From Takakia lepidozioides (Eukaryota > Plantae > Bryophyta): 64,000 bases of DNA. The notes under the pieces are model-generated. The model worked only from the letters and a program-made list of their open reading frames with translations, did not search any database and had not been told where the DNA came from. The position numbers and the translations under genes were made by a program. Positions 12,801 to 25,909 of this stretch are shown piece by piece. The stretch is taken from NCBI GenBank assembly GCA_030704615.1, contig CM060731.1, positions 25,730,001-25,794,000 of the forward strand, written 5' to 3'. Position 1 is the first letter of the stretch. Every line of letters starts with the position of its first letter.

Positions 12801-13466
12801 AAAAAATGTTTCATATATAAGACTAGTATGGTTTCAAGCATGGTAGGCAAAATTTTTTTGAGAGGTATTCTACGTGAGAGAAGTACCACACACGGATCTC
12901 GTTTTAGCGTGAACCTTCTCACCCAAAATTTACTCTCAACAAAACTCAAATGAATCAATAGCCCTTCATATCAAACAACTTCAAATCTTCAACAAAAATA
13001 CTTGTGGTGCTCATCACATTTTTTGTACGGGATACAGCTCAAGTGTCCAATCCTACCTTCCCAACTTTGGTTGTGCACTTCGCCAACGTTGATTACACTT
13101 CACCCGTTGAGAACATTGACCACGAGTGTCACAATCGGAGCTTGAACAAATTTTCCTGCTATATTTTGCTCGCAGGTGGAGTCCACATCGAATACCAGGT
13201 GGGTATCCATAAACCATAGTTATCTCACTGCATCCATGTACTACAGAGAACTCTTCGCATGTACTCGTGTACGGAACAAGAAGAGAGAACTCGACAGTGC
13301 CAAAAGTGGCTATATAATATTCATCAAGAAACTAACTAGCAACTAACTATAAGAGAAGCAACTAGTTACTAATTTGTAACAGATGAGCAACGCCTTTGAT
13401 CCAAGCAAATGGCCGACCACAAACATGATGATAAATGCGGTCATCACTTGGAGATGTTTGTGTGGA

Positions 13467-13826
13467 TATAACATCCATGATCTATACAAACTAGAATATA
13501 AGTGCTTCTCAACTTTTTCCTAAAACAACTCGATGCCTTCTAGGCTTTCATTGCAGGTTTATATACCCTTCATAATATGATTATTTAAAAGGTTTGACTT
13601 TAGAGCCTCAAGTCAAATTTTTTTAAAGTCAACCTTCCTAGGTTTGACATATTCTCCACAATATGACTTTATAAAAGATTTGACCTATTCTCCATAATAT
13701 GAATATCTTAGAGGTTTGACTTGAGAGCCTCAAGTCAAACTTCTTAGGAACGTTCCTAATTATTCTGGAAACTTCCAGGGAACTTTCTTCCTTCATCTGA
13801 AACTTTCTAGATTCTACCCTGTTATA
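13467..13826 (-). repeat. 3' LTR
   Basis: Direct repeat of 21851-22226; preceded on the - strand by the PPT AAAGAGGGGAGGA (13828-13840). Confidence 0.9.
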
Positions 13827-14317
13827 ATCCTCCCCTCTTTCAAGAAGCAACGTCCTCGTTGTTCAAATTTTCGAGAGCTTGAATTGTCAATTAAGCATTT
13901 GCGAGATTTTGCACCGGTTCCCAGGTAGCTTCATGTAATGAAATCTTTTCCATAAAACCAAATACTCCAACATATCATGTCACCCTCGTTTGTATGTGCG
14001 TTTTTTCAGAACACGACCTCCCACTCTTCATTTCCTTTTATCAACTCTGGTAAAGATTGTGGTTATTGATTCTCTTTAAATATTGATGGTCGAGGTTCAT
14101 AACAACGTAGTAGAGAAACGTGAAACACCGGGTGGATCTTCATATGTGGTGGTAACTCCAGCTTGTATGTTACTGCTCCAATACGTTTAATTATCGAAAA
14201 ATGACCAATGAACCGTGCCCCTAGTTTTCGCGATTCAATGATGTGTAAGTTGGTTGTAGACAACCACATTTGATCTCCAACTGCAAACTCCTCATCCCGT
14301 CGACGTGCATTTGCATA

Positions 14318-14652
14318 AAGGGACGAGAAATGGGTGCCACACTAGCTAGCATCCGGCTCTAAAACTACTAAGTCCCCAGAAGCGACCTCCAGGGGGTCGC
14401 ATATAGAAAAGGACGGGAAATGGGTGCCCACACTAGGCCCGATCCGGGCTCTAAAACCTTAAGTCCCCAAAAGCGATCTCCAGGGGGTCGCTTCTAGAAA
14501 GCGACGGGAAATGGGTGCCCACACTATCAGCTAGCAATATCCGGCTCTAGAACTTCTAAGTCCCCAGAAGTGACCTCCAGGGGGTCGCTAATAGAAAGCG
14601 ATGAGAAATGGGTGCATGCAGCTGTACTAAAAGCGATCCCTAGGGGGTCGCA
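14318..14652. repeat. Tandem repeat, ~90-97 bp unit, ~3.5 copies
   Basis: Units start at ~14321, 14411, 14501 and 14598 (GACGGGAAATGGGTGCCCACACTA...AAGTCCCCAGAAGCGACCTCCAGGGGGTCGC). Confidence 0.85.
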
Positions 14653-16584
14653 GCTACACACCGACGGGATTAACCTTTTCCTAATTTCGATTTGTTTGAT
14701 TACCGTCGTTAATTAAAAAAAAATCAAAATCGTCAAGTGACCTCCTTCTCTCTCTCACGGCCCAGCTCCCTCTCCCTCTCCTCTTCACTCAGCTTGCAAG
14801 GTAGAATTTGAACAAGAGGGTGAGAGGTGCGGAGGTCACCTCGTCGTGGGGGAGTTTGGAGAAAAGTGCGCTTCGTGCGCCACTTGCTTTAATTTGCTGC
14901 GGCTGTGAATCTCCCAAGCTCCGACGTTGAGCTGCTCACCCTCGACCGTGTGTCTTCTAGGGCTTTGACTGTACGCCGTGTAACTATGACAAAAGTTGGC
15001 CATATGATGTTGTTTACCGATTAGCAAATCATCCGTTGTTGCAAACTTTAAAGTTTTCAAGTTTTGTTGACATTTCATGCAACTTCGAACGTACGCCTCC
15101 ACCTCATCTCGCATCCGTGACCAATAAAATGTTCGTTTTAGTTGTTCGAATGTTTTTTCAACTCCAACATGTCCTACTATCGCCATATCATGAGCTTCAA
15201 ACAAGACTTCTGTCTTTAATGCAGATTCATCAGGGATCCAAAGTTTACCTTTCTTGAATACCAACCCTCGAACTTCTGTCACTTTGCCATGCTCTTAACA
15301 TCCACGATCTCCCCATCATCTTTAGAAGCCGTTGTTATCTTGTTCCACCAATCGGGTTGAATATTGATTTCTATCAATGTATTCAAGACATCCTTGTCAT
15401 TGCATCCGCCAATTGCCGTTTTCCCTCCACATAGACGATCTTCATGTTAAATTATTGTCGCCACTCCGCCCAACGAATCTATATCTTCAATAGATCTTTC
15501 TGTGTCTCCAAGTACACCAACGGTTTATGGTCTGTTTCCACTATGAACTCTTTGTCTCTAAGATAGTGCTTCCAATGTTTTGTAGCCAAAACAATAGCTA
15601 ATTCTTTTCGTTCGGTTGTATGTTAATTTTGTTCCGCAGGTAACAATTTGCGAGAAAAATATGTCACTGGTATGTTCCGTTTTCCCATTCTTGTTGTAAC
15701 ACCCCACCCACTGCTGAGCCTGACGCATCTACCGAGAGCTTGATTAGTCTTGTCGGATCATACCATTTCAAGATCGGGGCATGAAGCAACGCATCCTTCG
15801 AGGCCTAAAATGTTAACTCATCTTCTGTACCCTACTTCCATCTAATTCATTTGCCCAAAAGATTTGTTAATGGTTGGGCAATCTTTGAGAATGCCCGTAC
15901 AAATCGTCTGTAGAATCCGGTAGGGCCAATAAAAACTCATTAATTGGGTAATGTCTTCAGGGGCTATCCACTACTGAATAGCCATGTATAACCATGTATT
16001 CAAAATGTCCATACTTAGTGCGGAAAACGGTCTTATATATATCTTCATCAGCGACTCGAATTCGGTTGTATCCACTCTTCAAATCAAGCTTCGTAAAATA
16101 TTTTGCTCCTCGTAGTTGGTTAAATAGATGGTTCATGCGTGGTAACGGGTACTTGTTCTTCACTGTCTACTGGATGAGTGCTTGATAATCAATGCACATG
16201 CACATGTGCATTGCTTCATCTTTTTGCTTCACAAACAACACCGGCGCTCTATACGAGGAAACACTTGGTCTTATAAAGCCCTTTGATAGTAGGTCCTCGA
16301 CTTGAGCCTTACCTTCTTCCAACTCGTTTGGTGCTAATCGATAAGGGATTTTACAAAAAAAAATATTACTTGGAACAACCTCAATCTTCTCTTCTCTTTG
16401 GCGGAAGCCGTGCTAGTAGGTTATATGGAAAAACATCTTTGAACTCTTTCAATAGAGACCTCCGTCACGTCAGGTTCGGGGAATATTTTGGTAAAAATAG
16501 TACCAGGTAAAATATTGCCACTTAAGCAAACACGTCGCCGACACGGTGGCGGTGACAAATACATTTTAAAAATTAACAAAATGA

Positions 16585-17500
16585 ACGCGACCGCCAATTA
16601 TGGCGGTCGCTTTGATTTTCAAAATTAAAAAAAAATAACGACCGCCATAATTGGCAGTCGCCTCATTTAAAAAAATAAAAAAAGCAAGATTGGCGGTCGC
16701 ATCGGCGGTCGCTTTATTTTTTGAAAAAAATAAAAAAAAATAGCGATCGCTATCTTGGCGAACGTTTCAATTTATTTAAAAAAAAAAACAAGATTGGCGG
16801 TCGCCTAATTTAAAAGAAAACAAGCGACTGCCGTATTGGCGGTTGCACAATTTTGTAAATATATACAGAACAAGCGACCGCCATATTGCGGTCGGACAAT
16901 TTCAAAAATATGTAAAAAACCAATAACCGCCATATGGCGGTCAGATAATTTCAAAAAAAAAAAAAAAAACACAAGCTACCGCCATTGGGCGGTCGCTTAA
17001 TTTGAAAAATTTATATAAAAACAAACGACCGCCATATGGCGGTCGGATAATTTCCAAATTATATAGAAAAAACAAGCGACATATAAAAATAAAAGCGACC
17101 GCCACACCGGTGGTCGCTTGTTTTAAAACAATACAACATTTGTGACCGCCAAACCGGTGGTCGCGTTAATTTAATAATATATAAAATAAAAGCGACCGCC
17201 TTACTGGCGGTCGCATTTTTTAAAAAATATGAAAAATAAAATCGACCACCATATTGGCGGTCGCTTTATTTTAAATATATTAACAAATGAAGCGACCGCC
17301 ATACCGGTAGTCGCATTATATTGAGAAATAAAAAACAATAGCGACCGCCATACGGGCGGTCGCTTAAATTTAAAAATATACAAAATAGAAGTTACCGCAA
17401 TATTGCACAAAATGAAAGAAAATAAAAGCGACCACAGAAATGGCTGTCGCTTGTTTTTCATAAAAAATAAAAAATAACGACCGTAGTATTAGCGATCGTT
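16585..17500. repeat. Array of GCGACCGCC-N2-6-GGCGGTCGC palindromes with A/T spacers
   Basis: Roughly 20 dyads at ~40-50 bp period, directly visible. Confidence 0.9.
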
Positions 17501-17917
17501 ATTTTTCAAAATTATAACAAATATGGTTGTACCGCCTTTTTCGGGTGGGCGCTATTGGTTCGTCATTTATTCATTTCATTTTCATTCTTCTTGGATCATA
17601 TTTAAGGGAGGAGCGTCATCAAGATCCTCACTTCTTTTGGCGCAAACACTTGAGGTTACTTTGGATGTTCTCTTCCATTGAACGAGAATGTAGCCCAAGA
17701 GAAGGGTGCGCACATTTTGCCGTTGTGACTTCCACTAAAGCCACTTTAACAGATTGTGTATAACCTCAACACTATAACTCATATCGACCCACTTGGATTG
17801 CTGACACGTGTAAAAGTGTTGGGCTATCGCATTGCACTCAATATTCACAACACGTTCATTTATAGGTGACTATTTTTTATTGCTTACATCGCTAAGGCCC
17901 ATGAGAGTGGATATTGG

Positions 17918-18265
17918 GTGAAGATAAGGGAGGAATGGAGCCCTTGGTATATGACAATCCCGAACACTGTCAGCGCCACTGGTAGTGTTGAGTGCAACTT
18001 ATGTGGATTAAAACTTTCTTATCGTAAGAATCAGTTGCTCACTCACCTCGGCTATAAAGGTGTGAAGAGCGCTGGCGTGGGTTTATGTCCTAAAACATCT
18101 ATACGGGTAAAAAGTCACTTTGCCCAGTGTGGAGGCAATATTCTAATGTCTCTGGATCTGGACATTACCTCTAAGCAGAACAATCCATCTTCCTGTCAGG
18201 ATGCCCCAAAGTCCGAAAGGACTACAGGATATGAATCGCACCACGAGAGGGACAAAAGTGATTAG
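17918..18265 (+). pseudogene. BED-type zinc finger, N-terminal fragment of a hAT-like transposase
   Basis: W..W...VECNLCGLKLSYRKNQLLTHLG...GLCP pattern; no catalytic domain follows. Confidence 0.6.
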
Positions 18266-18549
18266 AAAATGAGGGGGGAATGGTTTATACATGCGCCCAC
18301 CAGCCCCCTCCTCTCTCCCCAAAGTGATTATGGTTGAAAAGCAGCGACAGACCAGTGACGCCTCGCCACGTGTCAGCGCGGTGCGATTGGCCAGTCGCAT
18401 CTCGCTACGCGCACCCACATGGGAGAGGTCAAGGGTTCAAAACCACCTCGCCCATCCCATTTGTTTCGTTTTTCCTGGACGCTGCTTCATGATTTTTTTT
18501 AAAAAAACGTCACATGACGGGTCTCTGGATTTTTAAGAGAAAAAAAAAT

Positions 18550-19350
18550 ACGCGACCGCCGCATGTCGGTCGCTATATTTATAAAAACAAGAAGAGCGAC
18601 TGCCACATAGCGGTCGCTATTTTTTCTAAAAATATATTAAATAAACGACTGCCTACTGGCGGTCGCTTAATTCAAGATTCAAAATAAAAATAGGCGACCG
18701 CCGCTAAATGGCGGTCGCTTCATTTAAAAATATATATTAAGTAAGCGACTGCCAAACGGCGGTCGCTTTATTTAAGAATAAAAATAAAAATAAACGACCG
18801 CTGCTAAATGGGGTCGCTAAATTTAAAAAAAAACTATAGTGACCGCCACATGGCGGTCGCTGTATTTTTATAAAATATATCAAAGATATAATAATATAAT
18901 ATAATAAAGTACGAACGACCGCCAATCTGGGCGGTCGCTTCATTTAAAATATAATAAACTTCAACCGACCGCCAATATAGGCGGTCGCTTATTTTAAAAT
19001 ATAATAAAATACAAGCGACCACCAATATGGGCGGTCGCTTCTTTTAAAAATTAACAACTTACCGGCGACCGCCAATATAGGCGGTCGTTTAATTTAACAA
19101 AATATTAAATTACAAGCAGCCGCCAATATGGGCGGTCGTGTTTTTATTTTATTTTATTTTTTAATCCAATTTTTTTCTTAAATTTAAATTTACCTCTTAC
19201 ATGAAGGTGGACACCTTCATGACACACCAGACGGTGGTTTGAACCCACAACCACATCCAACGTGGTATGTGCCCATTACCACTGGGCTACATGCTGGTTG
19301 TCCGGTCGCTTTTATTTTAAAAATAATAAATTACATGCGACCGCCAATAT
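18550..19350. repeat. Second GCGACCGCC/GGCGGTCGC palindrome array
   Basis: Roughly 15 dyads of the same motif as 16585-17500. Confidence 0.9.
19225..19297 (-). other. tRNA-like / Pol III A-box and B-box unit (not an intact tRNA)
   Basis: On the - strand TAGCCCAGTGGT (A box) ... GGTTCAAACC (B box) at tRNA-like spacing. No acceptor or anticodon stems. Confidence 0.55.
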
Positions 19351-21836
19351 ACGCGGACACATTATTAAAAAAGAATTAATGAATATTAATAATTGGTCAC
19401 GTCTTTTTTATATTGTGGTTGCCATGTCATTACAAAATATAGAAGTAAATCGTAAAAGTCAAATGTAAAAGAAAAATTATATGGGTAAACGTCCGGATTC
19501 GACGTGACGTAACGGCCGACGTATCACCGTCTCGTCACGTCACGTCAGGAATGATAACTAGGATATGGACCTCACTCATGTTTTTTTTTGGATTTTCCAC
19601 GTCTCTTATTGAACCTACAAATAATATGTTTTTCTTACATATAGCTGTAGTACCTATAACAAATGATGGTAGGTTTCGATATGGTGTCCTCACTCAATCT
19701 CCCCATATTTTCCAATTCTGGGTTTTGACTATATTTCGACGCCAATCAACATCGGGGTTGTGAGATTCCATCTAAGACATGTCTAATATTACATCATATC
19801 GAGCCAGTCTGACCACTCATCATTCTAAGGTTTCTCTATATTTACCGATCGACAACTCTATGCTTTTAGGTAGTGTCTCAATGACCTCTGTATGTCCATT
19901 TAACATTTCTACTTCATCTCTTTTATCTTTTTCTAAGGGGAGTCCTAGTTTCAAGGCAACCTTTCTAGATAAGAAGTTTTCTGTTGCCCCAGGGTCTATC
20001 AACACTTTCATATGAATATCTTCCAAGGTTCCATTTGCTACAATTAACTGCGTCTCTTTCTTGCTCGCATGATTGATTTGTCTCTTCTCCTTGTAGGCCC
20101 CCCGCCTTTCCTCTTCTTTGTAGAACCAGTAAGACCGCGAGGTCTATTTATTGGTTGTCCTCGTTTTCCTGCTCATTGTGATGTTCGTTATCTTCTTATC
20201 TCTTTAAACTGTTAAGAGGTCTTCGATAAATTTGTCGATTGTACCTTCCACTTCGGCTGTTGGCCATAAGATGTTCGTATTTTCCATAGTTATAACATTG
20301 TCTAGTTTTTCTTTGTTCTTCTGTTCATGAGAATGTTGAGGAGGTCACATTCTTGTCATTCAATTGCATTTGCCCTTGTGTGTTACCTTCCCTAAATCTG
20401 ATTCCCGACCTATTTCTTTTAGAGTATTGGAAGTTATCCCGTCTTCGAAGATTTCCAAGCTCCATAGGCATTGGTCCGTACTGGTTCAATGGAACGTGTA
20501 TACCTTCGTCGTATCTTGGTAGCGTCCCTTCAATCTTTTGGGCCAATGAAATTGTTTCGTGGACATCAACCGAGTTGTGTAAAATTACCTCTCATTGAAT
20601 TTTCTTCTTCAATCATCTTTTGAAGTTGTCTAAAGCTTCTGCAAGACTCATATTTTCGATTTGGACTTGAAGATTCAAAAAATCTTTAATGTAATTTTGC
20701 ACACTTCCGCGTTGTTCCAAATTCCATAATTTCACTTGAGCAGTTGTAACAGCATCTACTGCCTTGAATTGTTGGAGCAGTCCTGCTTTCAAGGTGCTCC
20801 ATAGTAAAGGTTCTCCTTTTGCAATCTGTCTTTTCTCTCATGTCTGTAACCATGTTCAAGTATTATCGAGTAGAAAAGATCGTATGAACATTTCGTGGTC
20901 CAAATCGCTTGATGTATGGAAATATGATAGATGTATCTCCATTTGATAAATCCATCCTTCTAGTACTCCCGTGGCGCGACTTCATTTATACGGCTCGACC
21001 TTGCATGAGTTGGTCATCTTTTACAGTAACGTATCTGATCCACCAGCAACCAGTCTTGGGGCGGTTGATTGTCTCATTTGTTTAAGCTCTTCCATCAACG
21101 CGCTGTTTTGTTGTTGGGTTGTGACAAGAGCATTCTGCAATTCGTGTAAGCGCTATATTATCCACACCGTCTGATCATTGGCTTGAAGTAGTGTGTGCGT
21201 TGTCCACAATTTCTTCATTGTCCGTCATCTTGCTCCACTACTTCTTCCTTCGTAGTGTTTGTCTTCTAAGATTAATGTATACTATCTCTATTCTCTTATC
21301 CTAATACAGTATGTAAATAGTGCAATCCTAAACTATCCCGTACGTGACTATTGGTAATACAAAATGGACGTTTGAATTCATGACAAGGTTCATGAATTCT
21401 ACTCCAAATTCTGCAACTAAAAATCTTACAAGATGATGTTTGTCGATGGCGCGCACATTAATAATAATTACATTTGGCAGTGAAAAATTAGGCGGAAAAT
21501 ATCTACATCGATCCATGAACTATGTATATTATAGAAAAGACGACAGGTTGTGGGTTTTGTAACACTTCTTGATATTGTTCCTCTTCAAATATCTGTACTA
21601 TCATATCTCTAATTTCTGCCTTACGACGACATATAATTTTAAACTCACACTCCGAAGAAAAATCACGGAAAAGGGGTTTATTTAAGTCCATAAATTTTTT
21701 ATACTATCGTTATGACGCACCATCACTACTCTCTATTCAACACTTAAAAATATTAACAACAAAAATCTCTTAAGAAAAAACATCTTAATCGAATCATCCT
21801 AAAGAGGGTATTCACTCTTCCCTTTAAGAAAGACTA

Positions 21837-21849
21837 GGCTCTGATACCA
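21837..21849 (-). promoter_or_regulatory. Primer-binding site for tRNA-iMet
   Basis: TGGTATCAGAGCC one base inside the 5' LTR boundary. Confidence 0.9.
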
Positions 21850-21850
21850 T

Positions 21851-22226
21851 TGTAACACCCAGGATCTACACAACCTAGAATAGAAATATTTCTCAATTTT
21901 TTCTCAAAACAACTCGATGTTTTCTAGGCTTTCATTGCATGTTTATACACCATTCACAATATGATTATTTTAAAGGTTTGACTTGAGAGCCTTAAGTCAA
22001 AATTTCCTAAAGTCAACCTTCCTAGGTTTGACATATTCACTACAATATGACTTTATCAAAGATTTGCCCTAGTTTCCAAACTATAAATATCTTATAGGTT
22101 TGACTTGAGAGCCTCAAGTCAAACTTCCTTAAGTCAAAACTTCCTGTGAACCTTTTTAATTATTCTGGAAACTTCTAGGGAACTTTCCTCTTCCATCTAG
22201 AACCTTCTAGATTCTACCCTATTACA
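21851..22226 (-). repeat. 5' LTR
   Basis: TGTAA...TTACA termini; repeat of 13467-13826. Confidence 0.9.
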
Positions 22227-25200
22227 GTGGATGAGGCTGGCGGCCGCGCTATTGGTCCAGTAGGAAGAACAACCAGAGGAGTTGGTAGGATGGATCTCCC
22301 AGAATGACAAGGGGGGAGGTCAGAACTCGCTGACGAGAAGGGGTTGGAGAGTTTAGGTGGGGAGGTGACAAGTGTGGGACGCCACGTACATTTAGAAAGT
22401 CACAATGGGGTAGGGTGAGGAAGATGTGAGGAATTGTTGTCCAAGGGCAATCCAGTAGTCCAAGGTGAGGAAGAAATGTTGTAGTGGGCCTGTCGATTGG
22501 AAAATGCACACCGGTCGAGGGACGTAGAACCACATCGAGAGAGCGTTGCAGGTGTACTTAGGGTCTTGTTGGTATTGTGTCTCTGTTGGTGTGTTACTCA
22601 TGTGCTCATTGTCGCAAGAGATGGACATTAGATGGTCATAGAGGGTGTGAAAGCCTGATAGTACTATAATTGCCGCCATCTCTTTTGGATGTCAAAGGGC
22701 ACTCGAGCCCAAGCCTGTTGAAAGTGACATTGGAGTAGAGGTGGTTGCTGCTAGGTTAGTGGAGCCCGGTAGAGGCCGTGGTGGAGTGTCGGTAGACGTT
22801 AGAGCTGTCGTTGGAGCGGCCCTAGATCCCTGGTACGAGGATGTTTGCGTATGCGTGAGCGCGTTTTGGCTGCACAACTGCTCGATGCTGTCGTTGTCAT
22901 TGTGTACAATTCCTGGTTTACTCTTCAGTCTGGCTTGGTAGTTAGCTTTACTATTGTGAGGGTGTCATGTGGTTTGAAATCTTGACACAGAGCAAACTAC
23001 CAGAACTTGAACATGAGAAATTGAAAGAAGGTTTCAAGAAACGAGAGTATGCTTGACCTCATACTCTTCATCTACCATCTCATGCTATCATAACAGACAC
23101 CTCATTGAAGAACCAACCCTCGACTCTAAGACTACGGTCGTCAAATATCTCGAAAAAGATTATTTATTGGTTGACTTAAATCAAATATTTTTGAAGAGGC
23201 GCCCCAAGTGAATTGCTCCTTTGTGTGGGGGCCCAAAACCCACTCTAAGCCCAAACCGCAAACAAAACCTGAACTAAAATAATTATTTTGAATTATTTAT
23301 AAAATTCATAACAAATTGATCAGCGATTATCATGGTAGGGGTCATTGGAAAGCTTTGATTTAGGGCTACAATTTGTCATTTAACCTCACTTGGAGTGAAA
23401 TATCAAAAGTTGCAAAATCCAAAGGAAACAAGCGTGACCCAAAACAGATCGCTAAGGGTCATGGAGATACATTTACAAATAGGAAGGTTAATGTTGTAAA
23501 GACCTCAAAATCAAAAGGGGTATGGTTTTCAAATTGGCTATGCCCAATGTTTGTCTCATCCTCCCCATCCATCATTCATCTGCATCATCTTTTCTCTCTA
23601 TAGTCCTATCTTCTTGGAACCAACATATTATTGCCAGGTAGTGAATGAATGGTTCAGTAATCTCTCTCCTTGGCTCTCATTATCTTCTGATTGCTATTCT
23701 TCGTGTAGATGTATACCACTTTTACTGTCAGGGATTCCACCCAATCATCATTTGGCAGTAAGGTGCATTCCTAATCAGACAATTGTATACATACTTCCAT
23801 TCGTTAACTTCCATCATAACACAATCCAATAGATAGCCCCCTGGATACTAGACCATGCTACCATTTCACTAGTGGTTGTGACGTAAATGTGTTGGATGTC
23901 ATAAAAGTATTAACACACCATAAGCTACATTTGCTTAGCAAGAGACAACCTTCAATGTCCCCCCTTGAGCATATCTCTATTAGGAGAAAAAAACATGTAT
24001 AGAGGAATGCCCCAAGTTTCGCATAAAGAAACTCAAAAATTTGTCATCTTTTGAGCATTTCGTGCATAGGGGAGAACATTGTTGGGCATGGTGAGGGAGC
24101 TCATGGCAGGGGTGGGCTGGGTGCTGGATGTTTGGTATGAGGAATTACTGTCTTGTTTAGAGGGTTGACTCATGAGTACATAGTCAATATGTAGATTGAG
24201 ACAAATTGATGGCAGGTGAACCCGAGTGAAAAAGAGACGTGGTGTGGGAGTGGTGTAGGGGAGAGCGTCGTAGTAAGTGGTATGTTGTACCTTTATTCAA
24301 GGCCAAACAGTTAGGATGTTATATATATTGTATTGGGCTTGGTTTTCAGTATCATGGTATTGCTAGATAAATTCTAATATATGGTGATCGGTGTAGTTTA
24401 CATGCGCGTAGATGGTTCAGGTTCCAAATTTTTATTTTCTAAAGGGGCCCTGCTTGCAGAGCGCCCCACCAAAGGGAGGCAGAATTGTAAAATCTATACC
24501 CCTTACCCTTTATATATACTATATTAAGGCGGTGGTGGAGCCTTCTAGAAGAGGGCCCACCGCCTCGTCCCCATTGACTCCTCTCGCTTCTAGAATTATC
24601 TAGAAGTAGAAGGAGGGCCCACCTCCTACTTCTACGCTGGTCTAGACGTACAAGTGTCTACATCGTGTCGAGCCATTTCCCTTCTCTCCAAGCCTCCCAC
24701 GGTCCCACATATTGGCTCTTCCCAGTGTCGGGTTGCCTGCCTTCGCAAACTGGCCAAATGAATTGGGGTACATAAAAGTTATCCGTCAAGTCCAAGGGAT
24801 AGAGAGTGAGTTAGGCCACTTTGGCCAAAAGATAGGTTGAAGTGCAATAAATGTCAAAAGAGCATGGGATTAAAATACAAGCAAAAAAAAGATAGGACCA
24901 AACTCAAAATAGCACCAAAATGAGAGCAAAACGAGTTTCATCTTGCATTTGTTTTTTGACTTTCCTCTGGGGTAAGTGGCGCGGCGTGGAACGAAGTGGG
25001 CAGGGAGGCTGGGGCGGGGCCCATGCTGAAGAAGAATAGGTGTGCAGCTTTGCGTGGGCCCGCTGCTGCCGTCCCTAGTTCTGTTTTTGGTACTATGTGG
25101 ACTTACCGGATACGTGCAAAGTGCCCAGGAGAAGTATAGTGGGGATGTATCAGGGGCCGGATAGGATGGTCACCGAACGGATAACTTTATAGTCCGACTT

Positions 25201-25909
25201 GTTTCTGTATGTTTGTCCATGCTAGTTGTAAATGGAGTGGTTGGGTGGGACGTTGATGTGATATTTCGTGATCCCCCCCCCCCCATGCTTTTGAGGAGGA
25301 AATAGTTGCCGGTATTTGTTATGTGTATATTTACAGTTTATAGGTATTTCGCAGGTACTTTGGGAGAACAATGTGATGCGGTGTTTGGGATCAGTCTGTG
25401 ATAATTGGGTTCAGTAAACCTTCTTAGTAGTGGCAGGGTAGTAATTAGTGTTGGATTAGTTTGAGTCTTGTAGGGACAAATTCAAATTAACAGGGTTGGC
25501 TGGTCAAGAGTCTTTAACATATGCACGTTGTGGGAGGAGATAGTTGTGTGAAGATAGTTGTGTGAGTTCGTTGGAGCATAGTGGTGAGCAGGCATATACG
25601 AGAGATGGTGAGATGTGGTGTGTCTTGTGTTTGTAACATAGAGTAGGTGATAATGAAGGAGAAAAATGGTATGTAGATGGCAGCCTTTGTTTGAAATTGA
25701 CAAATAGAAAGAGAATGTGGCATGGTGCTGTATTGAGTGCTCAGTGAAAAGGTAGATGTGCTAGGGCTGTGGAGCATAGTATGTTCTGAATCATATTTAG
25801 GGAGCATGTATATCAGAATGTAGCTAAATAATACTGAGTAATACAGATGTAAACGTATTGATATAAGTTAGTTTCTATTGTTTCTATTACTCTTTAGATA
25901 TTGTGCATG

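Larger units (their letters stand above)
16453..19550. mobile_element. Non-autonomous DNA transposon(s), probably hAT, inserted between protease and RT
   Basis: Imperfect TIR pair TAGAGACCTCCGTCACGT (16453) and ACATGACGGGTCTCTG (~18512-18527), two palindrome arrays and a BED-finger ORF. No TSD could be resolved. Confidence 0.65.
13467..22226 (-). mobile_element. Full-length decayed Ty3/gypsy chromovirus with nested insertions
   Basis: Two LTRs and TSD GTGGA (13462-13466, 22227-22231). Relics of gag (~20260-21200), protease VLIDPGATENF (19820-20026), RT/RNase H (~15450-16450), integrase ends and chromodomain (~13880-14030). Confidence 0.9.

Noticed and set aside
19225-19297. Functional tRNA gene
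   Set aside because: A and B boxes are present, but the acceptor and anticodon stems cannot be formed.
16585-19350. CRISPR array
   Set aside because: The spacers are low-complexity A/T runs rather than unique sequences, the repeats are degenerate, there are no cas genes, and the context is a eukaryotic transposon.
22232-24400. Further retroelement relics
   Set aside because: Probably TE-derived, but no diagnostic domain, terminus or TSD could be identified.
24510-25079. Non-autonomous Helitron (TATATATACTATATTAA start, GC hairpin plus CTAG-T end)
   Set aside because: The 5' TC is absent, the hairpin is weak, and there is no second copy in the window to confirm it.
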